A stretch of 64,000 nucleotides of DNA. Origin: Carcharhinus amblyrhynchos (Eukaryota). The notes under the pieces were generated by a model. That model was not told where the DNA came from, did not search any database, and saw only the letters and a program-made list of their open reading frames with translations. Shown one piece after another: positions 35,859-49,580 of this stretch (position 1 is the first letter of the stretch; every line of letters begins with the position of its first letter). A program made the position numbers and the translations under genes. The DNA lies in assembly GCA_965287045.1 (NCBI GenBank), contig OZ336888.1:26722001-26786000 (forward strand), written 5' to 3'.

Positions 35859-36149
35859 TGAAAGAGGCTACGTGGATAGGGAGGGGTGTGTCCGTGAAGG
35901 AATTTTAAACAGCTGCATAAGAATCTCCCATTTTGAGTTGAAGGGGAACTGAAAACTAATGTATCAGTAAGGTAGAGCAGATGGATGAAATGAAGGTGGT
36001 GTGGGCTAAGATATTAATTGAATTTGAATGCGCTGAAGTTTAGAGAATGAAGGATGGTGCCTCGCCAGGATAATATTGAACAGTGGAGTCTGGAGGTTAC
36101 AACAGGTGGTATTTAACATTCCACACGTCAGGAGTTATTCCAAAAAATG

Positions 36150-36452
36150 TTTTATTCCTTTGTGGGACGCGGGTGTCGTTTGCTGGACACCATTTATTGC
36201 CCATCCCTAGTTGCCCTTGGAGTGCAATTCAGAGTCAACCACATTGCTGTGGCTCTGGAGTCACGTGTAATCTAGACCAAGTAAGGATAGCAGATTTTCT
36301 TCGTCGGGTTTTTCTGACGATCGGGAATGGCTTCATGGTCATCAGTAAACCCTTAATTCCAGATTTTTTTATTGAATTCAAATTCCACCACTTGCCAGGG
36401 CGGTATTCGAACTCAGGTCCCCAGACCTTCAGCTGCGTTTCTGGATTAATCG
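36150..36452 (-). mobile_element. tRNA-headed SINE family B
   Basis: catttattgcccatccctagttgcccttg tail; gagtcaaccacattgctgtggctctggagtcacgtg; ttgaattcaaattccacc. Confidence 0.8.
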
Positions 36453-37400
36453 TATTGATATTTTATACATTTGGGGAAGTACCCCTCTTGATGGAAATAG
36501 GTTCTCTTTTCTTTCCCTTTTTTCTTGTCTTTATGATTGTCAAAATTGCCCTGGCATTGGTGCATCCAGGAAGCTGATCCAATTACATTGATTTCGCTGG
36601 TAAGTCTCAGCAAGCAATTTGAATATTGTGTGTGTCGGCATTATTACAGCTGCACACATTCTTGTCCTCACTTGACGTCCTCAGCAAGCAAACACCGATC
36701 CAGAGGAGAGAGATCATTAGCTCATGTTAATGTGTGTGAAGCCTGGCTGATATACATGTACACACGTATCTCTGGGTAGGGGGGAGCTTTGTATCTAATT
36801 ACAGTGCATCAGCTATTACCCTAACTCAGTTCAGAATAGATCAGTGATTTAAATCTGGGATCTTGCTGCCCTGTGTGACTGAGTACTGGACTATGTGGTG
36901 CAGTGTATAATCAAGTAGGCAATAATATATATCCTCTAAAAAATCTGATCCAAGTTCCCTGTTTGTTGTCACAGGCCCCTTAGAATATTTTACTTGGACT
37001 TGAACTGCTGCCAGTTTAGGTGCGCTTCAGATGGGAAAATGTTATCTTAAAATGTTTAAATCAAATGGACCAAGGAGCCTTTTCATTTGAACCTGATTTT
37101 GTAAACAGTGCAATTGACTCTCAGATCAAACATATAATGGTGATGTAAGTTCACAGTTGTGAATATAATGCATTTGTGCGGTGTTGCACTGTTATTTTTA
37201 CATCAAAACAAAATCTTAAAAGCAATTCCAGCCAATTTTTTTCTGTTTTACTAGGCACTGTAGCATTTGGACATGCGTAACTATTTGAAATTTGGGTCAG
37301 TACTATATATTCTTCTGGGTTCACTGACATTGGCCACTCCCAAAAGTGGATCCCATGTTCTGAGGAACAAGTGTTAAACTTTCCTAAACTTGTCCAGGAA

Positions 37401-37682
37401 TGGCACTGTGGAACAGTGGATAACACTGTTGCCTCGAAGCAACAGAGACCCGGGTTCAGTTCCAGTCTGTGTGTAGTTTACATGTTCTCCCCATGTCTGA
37501 GAGTTTCCTCCAGTCCAAAGATCTGCGGGTTAGGTTGATTGGCCATGCTAAATTGCCCATTAGTGTCAGGGGGATTAGAGGGTAAACACATGGGGATAGG
37601 GCCTGGGTGGGATTTTTGTTGGAGCAGGCTCAATGTGCTGAATGGCCTCTGTCTGTATTATAGGGGTTCTGTGATTCTATAA
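37401..37682 (+). mobile_element. HE1-type V-SINE
   Basis: Head gacccgggttcagttcc through tail gttctgtgattctat. Confidence 0.85.
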
Positions 37683-38679
37683 TGCTTCACAGTGTGCGAA
37701 CTGGATATCGTAATCTCTTATATGCCCCCATGTGTGTTTCACCATTTTTTTCAGGAAGCGGATTAATAAGCATACTAGTAAAGCAAGACCACTTCTAAGT
37801 TAGCAAGGTGATTTACTTTAGATCCGGAAATGTACTGTGTAACATTTATAGTGAATTGCATTGGGCTATCAAAGTTAAATATCTTAATTGGAGACCACAT
37901 TGTAAAGGTAATTCTTCACGATAATTTCTTCCATCTTTCTGATTGCTACAGTAAGGTAGAATTTATAGCAGACTATAAAGAAAAGATGGGAAGCTGTTCT
38001 GAATTGACGTGTATTAGACCAACTTGTTCTAATTCGTGTACACTGAGTTTGCAGAATTTTGGATTGTGGCTGACTTGGGGACACACCTCCCGCTTCTGAA
38101 AGCATTGACGTACAAGAGTACAGTTCCACCAGCTTCATCAGCCCTCCAGTGCCTCCTCCGTTCTTTATCAATGAATCTGGAAAGTTGTGTCACTAACCAG
38201 TCCACTGCGTAGGCCACCACTGATGCATCTGATCTTGTCCTCAAGGGAGAGGTTGCTGGACAGCAGGCAGGGGTGGCAACCCTACTGAACCTATTCCAGA
38301 CACCCTTGAAGGTACTGAGGTCAACTGTTGGGTAGCCCTTTCTTCAATTCACTTGAGTAACTGAAAATCAAATGTTGGATCAATGCTTTGCGACTCAATT
38401 CCACCATTGGAAATACATTGACCCACTGAACTCCTGAAGAAAGCTGGTTTGACTTTGGGGGGCTGTGGGAAATGTGTACAGAAGTGAGGAAGTACATAAG
38501 AAATAGTACTAATGCAAACAGTACAACAGCCCCCACTTTCTCATCCCATCAGTTTTGTTATTACAACAACAGTATTTGATGTTCAGATGCTTGCCTTTGT
38601 TTGGCATTGATTTCCATTGATTACTGCATGGCTGCTGGAGCAAAATGTGAGTTCTGCTCCTATGTGGCCAGGCCACTTA

Positions 38680-39400
38680 TACAGAGTCGTAGCACAGAAA
38701 CAGGCCCTTTGGCCCAACATGTTCATGCCAACCAGATTTCCTAAACTGAACTAGTTCCTATTGCCTGTGTTTGGCCCATATCCCTCTAAACCACTCCTAT
38801 TCATTTACTTGTCCAAATGTCTTTTAAATGTTGTAATTGTACCTGCCTCTACCACCTGGCAGCTCATTCCATAGATGCAGCACCCTCTTTGTGAAAAAGT
38901 TGTCCCTCAGGCGTCTTTTAAATCTTCCCCTCACACCTTAAACTAATGCCCTCTAATTTTGGGCTCCCCTACCCTGGAGAAGAGACCTTGGTTATTTGCC
39001 TTATCTATGCCCCTCATGATTTTATAAACTTCTAAGATCACCCCTCATCCTCCTATGCTCCAGGGAAAAAAAAAATCCCACTCTATCCAGATTCTCATAA
39101 TTCAAACCTTCCAGTCCCGGTAACATTGTAAATCTTTTTTACATCCTTTCCAGTTTAATAACGCTCTTCCTATAGCAGGGCGACCAGCAGTGTACGTAGT
39201 GCTCCAAATGTGGCTTTACTAAGGTCTTGTACAGTTGTAACATAACATGCTGCCCCAACTCCTGTACCCAGTGCTCTGAACGATGGAGACAAGTGCCAAA
39301 TGCCTTGTTCACCGTCTACTTGTGACACCATTTTCAGGGAACTATGTACCTGCACCCTTGGGTCTCTCTGACAACGGACCCCAGGGCCCTCCTGTGAACA
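38680..39400 (-). mobile_element. CR1 LINE 3' portion
   Basis: Tail agcacagaaacaggccctttggccc; reverse-strand QLYKTLVKPHLE and RDPRVQVHSSLKM. Confidence 0.88.
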
Positions 39401-40288
39401 GTGACAGAGCAAAGATTATCAATTAACCAATTAATTGACTAATATTATTTCAGTAACACTGCTCATCCTTAAAGAATGCATTTGCTTTTAGAATGATTCT
39501 TCTTTCTCAAATGAAGATTTGAATTTGGTTAAGTGGCCATTGAAACATGTCAGTCATAAATCCAGTTGGAATGTTGCTTGACCATTGTGCATTTTTAAAT
39601 GGGATGGTTCACCATCTTGGAGCATGTGGAAAAATGACATCTGAAGACGCCAAAGCACAGCAACATTTACATTGTAGCATCAAAATGTTTCACTGGTTCC
39701 TATTGTCTAATAATAGGCTGGCACACTGTGCCAACTTTCATCAGTTATTTATTCATTTTAAGTAGGTGAAAGCACCACTGACTTTGTACCCTTGAATTAT
39801 TAATGCTGTTTGTTGTAAGACATGTTGTACAAAACAGGATTACCTTTCAGAGAGGCATGCTGGCTTATTCGGCCTTGGGCTGGGTGCAGTGTGTATGTGA
39901 CAATTTGTGACAGAGTGGGAGATCAGAGAGCCGTGACTCATTGCATTGAGTCAGTACAGTCAAAATCCGGGAATCAAAAGCATCATTTTCACTTAGTTAC
40001 ATAAACAGTGCTCAGTAATAGTGCAGTCATTGTACAATGAATAATACATGGGGGAGCTGTTTGCCAACTGACCCAGTGGCCCAGAATTTCCTGGACTCAG
40101 GTGGTACTATGATGGTGCATCTTCACAGTTCAGCTCATTTTCTAGTGCAAACACATCAGGAAATAATGATGCGAGTGAGTTTGGACCATCGTCCACGTTG
40201 ATTATCTGGGAATTTTGTTCTGCTCTATGGATATCCTCACCAAAATCATAGCAACTCCACCACTGCCTCTCCACCCATCAAGCCCAGT

Positions 40289-41432
40289 TAAGGTACCTCA
40301 CAAGAGGCTATTGCAGAAGGTCAGGGGGCATGGAGTTGGGGGTAGGGTGTTAGCATGGATAGAGGATTGGTTGTCAAATAGGAGACAGAGTGGGGGTTAA
40401 TGGGTGCTATTCGGATTGGCGGTTGGTGACTAGTGGAGTGCCCCAGGGGTCGGTGCTGGGGCCTCAGCTATTTACCATTTATATAGATGATCTGGAGGAG
40501 GGAACCGAGTGTATGGTGTCGAAATTTGCTGATGACACCAAGATTGGTGGAAAGGCAAATTGTGCGGAGGGTGTGGAGAGTCTGCAGAAGGATCTAGATA
40601 GGCTGGGCGAATGGGCCAGGAACTGGCAAATGGAATTCAATGTTGGCAAGTGCGAGGTGGTCCACTTTGGTAGGAAGGACTATTACTTACGTGGCGAAAA
40701 ACTGCAGCAGGCGATGGTGCAGAGGGACCTCGGGGTCCTTGTGCATGAGTCGCAAAAACCCAGCCCGCAGGTGCAGCAGGTGGTCAGGAAGGCTAATGGG
40801 ATGTTGGCCTTCATGGCGAGGGGGATTGAATATAAAAGTAGGGAGGTCTTGCTGCAGCTGTATAGGGCATTGGTGAGGCCGCAGCTGGAGTACTGTGTGC
40901 AGTTTTGGTCGCCGCACTTAGACAAGGATATTTTGGCCTTAGAGGGAGTGCAGAGGAGGTTTACTAGGCTGATACCGGAGTTGAGGGGGTTGAGCTATGA
41001 GGAGAGGCTGAATAAACTAGGCTTGTACTCGTTAGAGTTTAGAAGAATGAGGGGAGATCTCATTGAGACGTATAAGATGATGAATAGGATGGATAGGATA
41101 GAGGTGGAGAGGCTCTTCCCGCTCAAAGGACAGTAGGACAAGGGGGCACAGCCTCAAGATAAAGGGGGGGTGGTTTAGAACGGAGTTGAGGAGGAACTTC
41201 TTCACTCAAAGGGTGGTGAATCTCTGGAATTCTCTGCCCGTTGAAGTGGTGGAGGCTGCCTCGCTAAATATTTTTAAGACGCGGGTTGATGGGTTTTTGA
41301 TAAGCGAGGGGATTAAGGGTTATGGGGAGAGGGTGGGAATGTGGAACTGAGCCACGACAGATCAGCCATGATCTTATTGAATGGCGGGGCAGGCTCGAGG
41401 GGCTAGATGGCCTACTCCTAATTCTTGTGTTA
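40289..41432 (+). mobile_element. Young 5'-truncated CR1 LINE retaining an open RT frame (40390-41136)
   Basis: [55 protein letters not shown]; intact 3' UTR. Confidence 0.95.
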
Positions 41433-42664
41433 AATGCCAATTGTAAACTTTCTGGATTTATGTCTGTTTTCTCCACCAGTTTGACTGAAAAGTAAGAAAA
41501 TAGGTGAACATATTTAAATAGCTGGGAAGTGGTGTGCGGTGCCCCCAGGTTGTCAGTGTGCCATGAGGCACTACTAAGGGATGTTGGGGGAAGCGTGATG
41601 CTAGTTATTGAGAGAGGTCTTCAGCTTTGCTTGGAGATCAGAGTGCCCCAATTTGTTGCCAGCATCTTTAGGTCCCACACACCTATTTCCCTATGGGAAT
41701 CAGCCCAAGCTCCAAAAGAGTGACGAATTGTGGGTTGATTGTGATCTGGGTCATGCCTACTCACCCAGCAGGAATCGCACCACTTTTCCCACCGGGTAGG
41801 AAGTTTTTGGGAGAATTGTGCACATTGTTAGTATGGGTTTCTTTGGTTCTGTACAGAGTGCAAATGGGGGGAATAGATATGGAAGTGCTATTTGGCATGA
41901 GGGTATCAGAGGATGTTGGAAAGCATTGGTTGTCATGGATATGAGGAGTCACTGGGGAAGGTAGAGGAGCATGTTTTGGCATGGATTGGGCATGTGTTGG
42001 CATGGATGGGGCAAGGGGAGTGGCTGGGGATGAGGGAATGTGAAGAGTGAGAGCGAGAGGGCCTAATGTTGAACAAAACAACTGGGCTGAATTTCCAGAG
42101 AACTGCAGAAGACCTTTTAACCTGTCTGCCTTGGTATTCTGCAGACATTTGTAGCTGCTTGGACTGTTTCTGGGGGTGGTGAACCTGACTCCAGCATGCT
42201 CCCGGAATGATCATTGCATCTTTTCAGGCACTTTTTCCTCAATTCAGGTGAGCCAGGGCATTTCCCAACTCCTATCACCCAACTATTAAATGAAAGTCCA
42301 TTAAATCAGAAGGTACACTGTTCAGTACAGTATTGTGAACAATCCAGCTTCTGAGGAGGATTTGTATTTAATGTGGCCAGAAGGTTTCACTGCTGCCAGC
42401 CAGCTGGGTCGGCATTGCCACCGGCAATGGATTCTTGGAAATTCTTTGCTTCACATCAGCTGAAAGGAGCATTTGGTGAATGATTTTCTCTTTTTTAACA
42501 TGTACTTTCAAGACTTTTGAAACCTGGTGGATGGGGATCTTTATCTGTACTGAGCTATTTTAATGGTGCAGAACAATTTATTTTAGAATATTTAGGGATT
42601 TCATTATTTTGTGATAACCTTAAACTTTCAGTGATTACATGACAATCTTTAATTCTTTGTGGGT

Positions 42665-45017
42665 GTCATCACAGATTGGTTGTATCAGGGAGGAACCTAC
42701 GAGGGAGTGAGCTATCTTAGATCTGGAACAATTAGGGATCTTATTGTGAGGGATCCTCTTGGGACGAGCGATCATTGTATGGTTGAGTTTTTGATGCAGA
42801 TGGAAGATGAGAAAGTAGGGTCCTGAACCTGTGATAGGATGAGAGGAATTGGCAAATGTAGATTGGGGGCACAGATTGGTTGGTAGGATGGCTGAGGAAC
42901 AGTGGAGGATTTTTAAGGACATCTTTTTCAGTGCTCAGCAGAAATACCTTCCGATGGTAAAGAAGGAATGTAGGCGAAGGGATAACCAGCCGTGGTTATC
43001 AAAGGAAATAAAAGAGAGTATTAAATTAAAAGCTGATGTGTTCAGAGTGGCTAAAAGTAGTGGGCGATTAGAAGATTGGGAAAGGTTAAAAATCAACAAA
43101 GAATGACTAAGAAGTTGATAAAGAAAGGAAGGATAGACTATGAAGCTAAACTAGCACTAAATATAAAAAAAGGACAGTAAGAGTTTTTACAAATATATAA
43201 AGAGGAGGAGGCTGGCTAGAGTGAATGTTGGACCCTTAAAGGATGAGAGGGGATTTAGTGGTGGGAGATGAGGAAATGGCTGAGGCCTTAAATAAGTTTT
43301 TTGCCTCGGTCTTCATGGAGGAGGACACGAATAGTTTACTGGATATTAAAGATAGAAGGATGGTAGGAGTTGAGGGCCTGAATGCGATTACTGTCACTAG
43401 AGAGGTAGTGCTTGATAGACTAATGGGACTGAAGGGTGGACAAGTCCCCAGGACCGGATGGAATGCATCCCAGGGTTCTGAAGGAAATGGCAGAGGTGAT
43501 AGTAGATGCCTTAGTGATTATTTACCAAAATTCACTGGATTCCGGGGAAGTGCCGGAAGATTGGAAAACGGCTAATGTTACGCCGCTGTTTAAAAGTAGC
43601 AGACAAAAGGCAGGGAATTATAGGCCGGTTAGTTTAATGTCTGTAGTTGGAAAAATGCTTGAATCCGTCATCAAAGAAGAAATAGCGAAGCACCTAGAAG
43701 AGAATGGTTTGATAGAGCAGATGCAGCACGGATTCGTTAAGGGGAAGTCGTGTTTGACGAATTTGTTGGATTTCTATGAGGATGTGACTAGTGCGGTAGA
43801 TAGAGGGGAACCGGTGGATGTGTTTCTAGATTTTCAAAAGGCGTTTGATAAGGTGCTTCAGAAAAGGTTGCTACAGAAGGTTAGGGTGCACGGATTTGGG
43901 GGTAAGGTGTTAGCGTGGATAGAGGATTGGTTGTCTAATAGGAAGCAGAGAGTTGGTATCAGTGAGTGCTATTCTGATTGGCGGTTGGTGACTAGTGGAG
44001 TGCCGCAGGGATCGGTGCTGGGGCCTCAGCTATTTAGCATTTATATAGATGATCTGGAAGATGGGGACTGAGTGTAGGGTGACGAAATTTGCTGATGATG
44101 TGAAGATGAGTGGTAAATCAAATTGTGCGGAGGGTGTGGAAGGTCTGCAGAGGGATCTGGATAGGCTGAGCGAGTGGGCGAGGACCTGGCAGATGGAGTA
44201 TAATGTTAGCAAGTGTGAGGTTATCCACTTTGGCAGAAATAATAGTAGGAGGGATTATTATTTAAAAGGTGAAAAGCTGCAGCATGCTACGGTGCAGAGG
44301 GACCTGGGGGTCCTTGTGCACGAGTCGCAAAAACGCAGTCTGCAGGTGCAGCAGGTGATCAAGAAGGCGAATGGAATGCTGGCCTTTATAGCGAGGGGGA
44401 TAGAATACAAAAGCAGGAAGGTCTTGCTGCAACTGTACACGGCACTGGTGAGGCTGCAGCTGGAGTAATGTGTGCAGTTTTGGTCGCCACACTTGCGCAA
44501 GGATATTTTGGCCTTGGAGGGAGTGCAGAGGAGGTTCACTAGGCTGATACCGGAGATGAGGGGGTTAGACTATGAAGAGAGACTAAATAGACTGGGCCTG
44601 TACTCGTTGGAGTTTAGAAGGATGAGGGGGGATCTTATAGAGACGTATAACATAATGAAAGGGATGGATAGGGTAGAGGTAGAGAGATTCTTCCCGCTTA
44701 GAAAGGATAGCAGGACGAGAGGGCACAGCCTCAAGATAAGGGGGGGGGGGACAGTTTAGATCGGAGTTGAGGAGGAACTTCTTCACTCAAAGGGTGGTGA
44801 ATCTCTGGAATTCTCTGCCCGTTGGTGGTGGAGGATACCTTGCTAAATATATTTAAGTCACGGGTAGATAGGTTTTTGATAGACAAGAGAATTAAGGGTT
44901 ATGGGGAGAAAGTGGGAAAGTGGAACTGATCCACTTCAGATCAGCCATGATCTTATTGAATGGCAGGGCAGGCTCGAAGGGCTAGATGGCCTACTTCTCC
45001 TATTTCTTATGTTGTAT
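42665..45017 (+). mobile_element. CR1 LINE of about 2.3 kb, same family as 40289-41432
   Basis: [63 protein letters not shown]; a few frameshifts. Confidence 0.95.
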
Positions 45018-45736
45018 GAAGGGTGCTATTCATGAATGGTGACCAGCAGGAGCATTTGTAGCAATAAAAAGAAGACATTTTGGAGTGTTGTCAAAGCAAT
45101 AAACTTGTCTTGGGATTGATTTGAGATGACGTTTATAGTGGATAAAATGGTACCACCTGATAAGTATCATATTTGCTATCTAGATGTCTAGATTCAAACA
45201 TGAGCCTAATACTCACTCAAACAATTTCAATATGCTTTTACTCCCAGAAACTGGCACTTTTTGATCATACTTGACTTACTGATGTTAAAGAATTGGATCT
45301 CTGTGGAATACAGAGTCAATTTGGCAAGCATGTGCTACTGGCAGAGATTCTTGCCCACAAGTTGCAAATATTTGGGATGCTGACATGTTACCAGCAATTT
45401 TCCACCTGTTGATGTTAATGGGTGCAAAATTGAGAGTAGCACATCTGGTGTCTCTCGAAGTGTCTGTTAGCCGAAGGTCCCAGCTGCAAAACGGACACTG
45501 ATATCTCTGCTGATGAATAGTTGCCGGTCTGACAATTCACTCACTACTGCAATAACAACACTGCATACAAACATATTTTATTGTATTAACAATAGATAGA
45601 AAAGGATATTAAAAATGAATTAAAATGAATTATGATATTAAAATGAATCATAAATCTTGATAACGCTGACTGATGACCTTTTAAAAACTGTATCAGACGT
45701 CATGTTTCCTGGGCATGCAAGATTTCTCACCCTGCA

Positions 45737-47030
45737 ATCATACCGTATTGGAACAGAGGCAGACAATTCGGCCCCTCGTGCCTGCTCTGCCATTCAAAGA
45801 ACAAAGAAAATTACAGCACAGGAACAGGCCCTTTGGCCCTCCAAGCTTGCACCGACCATGTTGCCAGACTGAACTAAAACCCTGTACCTTCCAGGGACTG
45901 TATACCTCTATTCCCATCCTATTCGTGTATTTGTCAAGACTCCCCTTGAAAGTCACTGTCGTATCTGCTTTCACTACCTCCCACGGCAGAGTTTTCCAGG
46001 CACCCACCACCCTCTGTTTAAAAAAAACTTGTCTTGTACATCTCCTTTAAACCTTGCCCCTCACACCTTAAACCAATTTCCCCTATTAATTGACTCTTGC
46101 ACACTGGGGAAAAAGCTTCTGACTGTCTGCTCTATCCATGCCCCTCATAATCTTGTAGGCTTCGATAAGTCTCCTCTCAACCTCCATCGCTCCAGTGAGA
46201 ACAAACCAAGTTTCTCCAACCTCTCCTCACAGCTAATGCCCTCCATACCAGGCAACATCCTGGTAAATCTTTTCTGCACCCTCTCCAAAGCCTCCACATC
46301 CTTCTGGTAGTGTGGCAACCAGAATTGAACACTATATTCCAAGTGTTGCCTGATTAAAATTCTGTAAAACTGCAACATGGTTTACTAATTTTTAGACTCA
46401 ATGCTCTGGATGATGAAGCAAGCATATGATGAATTCAGCATTCCACCTAGCCCATTGACTTTTGATTTCCTTACCTAACAACAAGCTATCCACCATTGCC
46501 TTAAAAAAAAATTCAATGACCCTACCTTCACTGCATCTGAGGCAGAGTGTTCCAAACTCGCACAACCCTCTGAGAGGAAACATTTCTTATCTCTATCCTA
46601 AAGGATAACTCCTCGTTTAAAAACAGTGCTCTCTTGATCTGGACTCGCCCACAAGAAGAAACATCCTTTCCATGTCCACCTTGTCAATATCTTATGAAGT
46701 CGAGTGAGAACAAGTCCAGTCTAACTAGGCTTTCTTCCTAACACAATCCCCTCATTCCAGGTATCAATCTCGTGAATCTCCTCTGAGCCACTTCCAAAAC
46801 ATTACAACCTTAAATAAGGAAACCAAAACTGTGCACATTATTCAAGATGTGGTTTTGCCAATGCCCTGTATAACTGAAGCACAATATTGTTACTTCTGTG
46901 TTCAATTCCTCTCAAACTAAAGGATAGCATTCCATTAGTCTTAATTACCGGCTGTACCTGTAAATTGCTGTAATTTATACTCTTGAGCACCTAGATCCTT
47001 CCACACCACGTAATTCTGTAGCTGTTTTCT
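45737..47030 (-). mobile_element. Older CR1 3' portion split by a nested CR1
   Basis: The tail at 45737-45797 resumes at about 46427 with attccacc...caatgaccctaccttcactgc...ttccaaactc. Confidence 0.75.
45797..46426 (-). mobile_element. Nested younger CR1 3' portion
   Basis: HLEYSVQFWLPHYQKDVEALERVQKRFTRMLPG; (aaagaac) tail. Confidence 0.9.
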
Positions 47031-47228
47031 ATTTACTCCGGGGACAAATTTACTAAAAAAAATTCAAAATGCCGAACAAGCATGAAAACTGGAGAGAACT
47101 GCACATGTTTCTTCGGCAAGAGAAAAAAATCAAATCTTATCACGCTTTTAAAAAAAAAATGAGGCAATGTGTGATTCTCGCAAGTAGGAGGAGCGAACAG
47201 TCTATTCATGCTGGGAAGCCAGCTGATG

Positions 47229-47245
47229 AATGCTAGAGGGCGCTG
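47229..47245 (+). promoter_or_regulatory. Candidate CTCF motif
   Basis: GCTAGAGGGCGCTG matches the 3' part of the CTCF core; the leading CC is absent. Confidence 0.3.
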
Positions 47246-47950
47246 TTGCACATGCACTGCCAAGAGTACACGGTGCATTGGGAGATTGTTTCCCCCTCAC
47301 CCACAATCGCTGCTCCCATTCGTTCCTTCCAGGACGCAAGACTAAATACACAGGCAACTCACTGCCGTTATCATCCTGAGAGGTGAGAATCTGAGCGTGA
47401 CCATGGTTGATCAGCATGGCGAGGCAGTAAGATTGTACCCTCTGCCACCCTAGTCTTTAAGATTGAAAATAAATGTTGCAGGTAAATGTATTTCAAAGCG
47501 CAAGATAGTTGATTAAAGTGTTTAAAGTCTCTAATTTCAAAATAAATGTAATGCTGCTCAAAACTCTCCTTTGAAAGTGTGCGTGAGGGGCAGCAGATGA
47601 ACAATGTTAGGCACTGAAGTGCCTTTGCATCCTATTGATGAAAATAAGAATAGAGGTGAAAATTGTACCGCTGTCTGAGTGGGTGTCAATGGCTACTCAG
47701 TGACAAAGAGAAATAATGTTTCTAGTCACTTTTACCACGAGTAGCAGTTTTGCACACGGGGATCGTGATGGATGTATCAAGCAGGTTTGTCTGGCCCGCC
47801 GAGGTTGGGAACAGAGGCAGACACGATCCAGAAATACTGGTGCCAGCCAGTTTCCCAACACTGCTCTTGCTGTCTGCCATGTTGGGGTCTGGCAAAGCTC
47901 CCTCGCCCCACAAGGCGGGTAGCCAATTAGGCTCATTAAGAGCTTTGCAA

Positions 47951-48112
47951 ATCACAGAATCCCTACAGTGCAGAAGGAGGCCGTTTGGCCTATCGTGTCT
48001 GCACCGACCACAATCCCACCCAGGCCCTATTCCCGTAGCCCACACGTTTACCCGGCTAATGCACCTGAGTCAATTTAGCATGGCCAATCAACCTAACCCA
48101 CACACCTTTGGA
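47951..48112 (-). mobile_element. HE1-type SINE 3' half
   Basis: agaatccctacagtgcagaaggaggcc...aatttagcatggccaatcaacctaacc. Confidence 0.85.
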
Positions 48113-49287
48113 CTTGGACCCCGAAAGGCGGCTGACTGGGACTGGGCTGCCAGTTGCCTGATGTGACGAGGGAAAGCGGGCTGGGATGCTCATGCTGCCA
48201 GCAGGCCCGCAGGCTCTCCCTGCCTGCTCTGGTGCAGTTGCAGTCAAATGCCATCCCGAATAGGGATCCTTCACCCCATAATCTCCCATCTTCTTCCAGA
48301 GTGGTGCCCTGGCTGAATTTTTGAAGAAAGTGTTGGGGGGAGTTATTCACCTTTTATTGTGGTTCTTTGCTCCACTGAAGCTAAAAAGCCTCTAGCCCTT
48401 TATCCTCATGAGCCCACCGACTGCTGCCTTTATTAAGAACCTGTCTGCAAACTGATTAAGGGGTTGCCACGATCTCAAGTCCCGAGAGTGGCCAATTCCA
48501 CCCTAAAGAGTGAATTCAGGACCTGGAAACAGTCCTGATACCATTAAAAACGCAACCTGTTTTCTGTGTGCAGGTTCAGAATTATAAATTTGCATCTGAT
48601 CATTTTCGGGCATGGCCAGTGTTTTATGTTTCCGAATTATTTTCCAGATGAGTTCTAAGGTAGGTATTGGAATTAGGAAGCCACCAGTTTTAAGTTATTT
48701 CTATGCAGGGGCTGCCAGTGATCACCACCCACTAAGATGGTGAAATCAAACCTCTGTCCCTTTGCTGTTGATGTAGAAAGTATGTGCCAAGTACAAGAAT
48801 TTGTTGTACGGTCTTTATAAAAAGAGATGTGCAAGAACATTGCATCTGTCTCTTTCTATACTGACATAGAACTGGCATCATCCTGCAAAGGGCTGCTGGG
48901 GAATTCTGATCTATCTCTTTCCTTCTTTCCCTCATCTTCCCCAGGCATTACTTAAATTACATGATGCTTTCTTGAGATTACCATGTTTTTGATTCAAAGT
49001 ATAGCTGCTATTTCATTAGGATTAAATGAGCTGATATTTAAGAAGTCCTTGACACAGAAAAGTGACATTATTAACTGAATTAATGAATTCTTAATTATTG
49101 AGCTAATTAATCTGTCCCCAAAATGTTTTTACAGTCCTTTCTCAGAAAGAATTTTAAATTTTATTTAGGATACAGTGTTGGGAACAGGGAAAGATCAGGT
49201 ATAAGAACATAATGCAAATTTGTTTCTGTTTACCTTAAGATATAAGTGTGAAAGATCAGGGTGCAATTTTGTAAACTGATCAAGGAA

Positions 49288-49580
49288 GGCAGCACACTGA
49301 TTAGTAATGCTGCCTCACAGCATCAAGGACCTAGGTTTGATTCTGGCCTTGCATGACTGTGTGGTGTTTGCACATTCTCTTGCTGTCCACATGGGTTTCC
49401 TCCAGGTGCTCTGGTTTCTTCCCACACTCCAAAGATTGTGTGGGATAGGTTGCAAAATTACCACTTAGTGTCAAGGGGACTAGCAGGTTCCATATGGGGA
49501 GTTGCAGGGGTAGGCTGGGATTGTTGTCGGTGCAGACTTGGTGGGCTGAATGGCCTCCTGCACTGCAGGGATTCTATGCT
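49288..49580 (+). mobile_element. HE1-type V-SINE
   Basis: Degenerate head, V-core and gcactgcagggattctatg tail. Confidence 0.85.

Noticed and set aside
36083-36577. 164-aa ORF with a hydrophobic C-terminus
   Set aside because: Mostly an antisense read-through of a family B SINE plus T-rich flank; no protein family resemblance.
40390-41136. 248-aa ORF as a host gene or domesticated RT
   Set aside because: It is an ordinary CR1 ORF2 fragment, 5'-truncated, with a premature end and the retroposon 3' UTR attached.
45605-45648. Short AT-rich tandem repeat (attaaaatga)
   Set aside because: Ordinary slippage duplication with no further structure.
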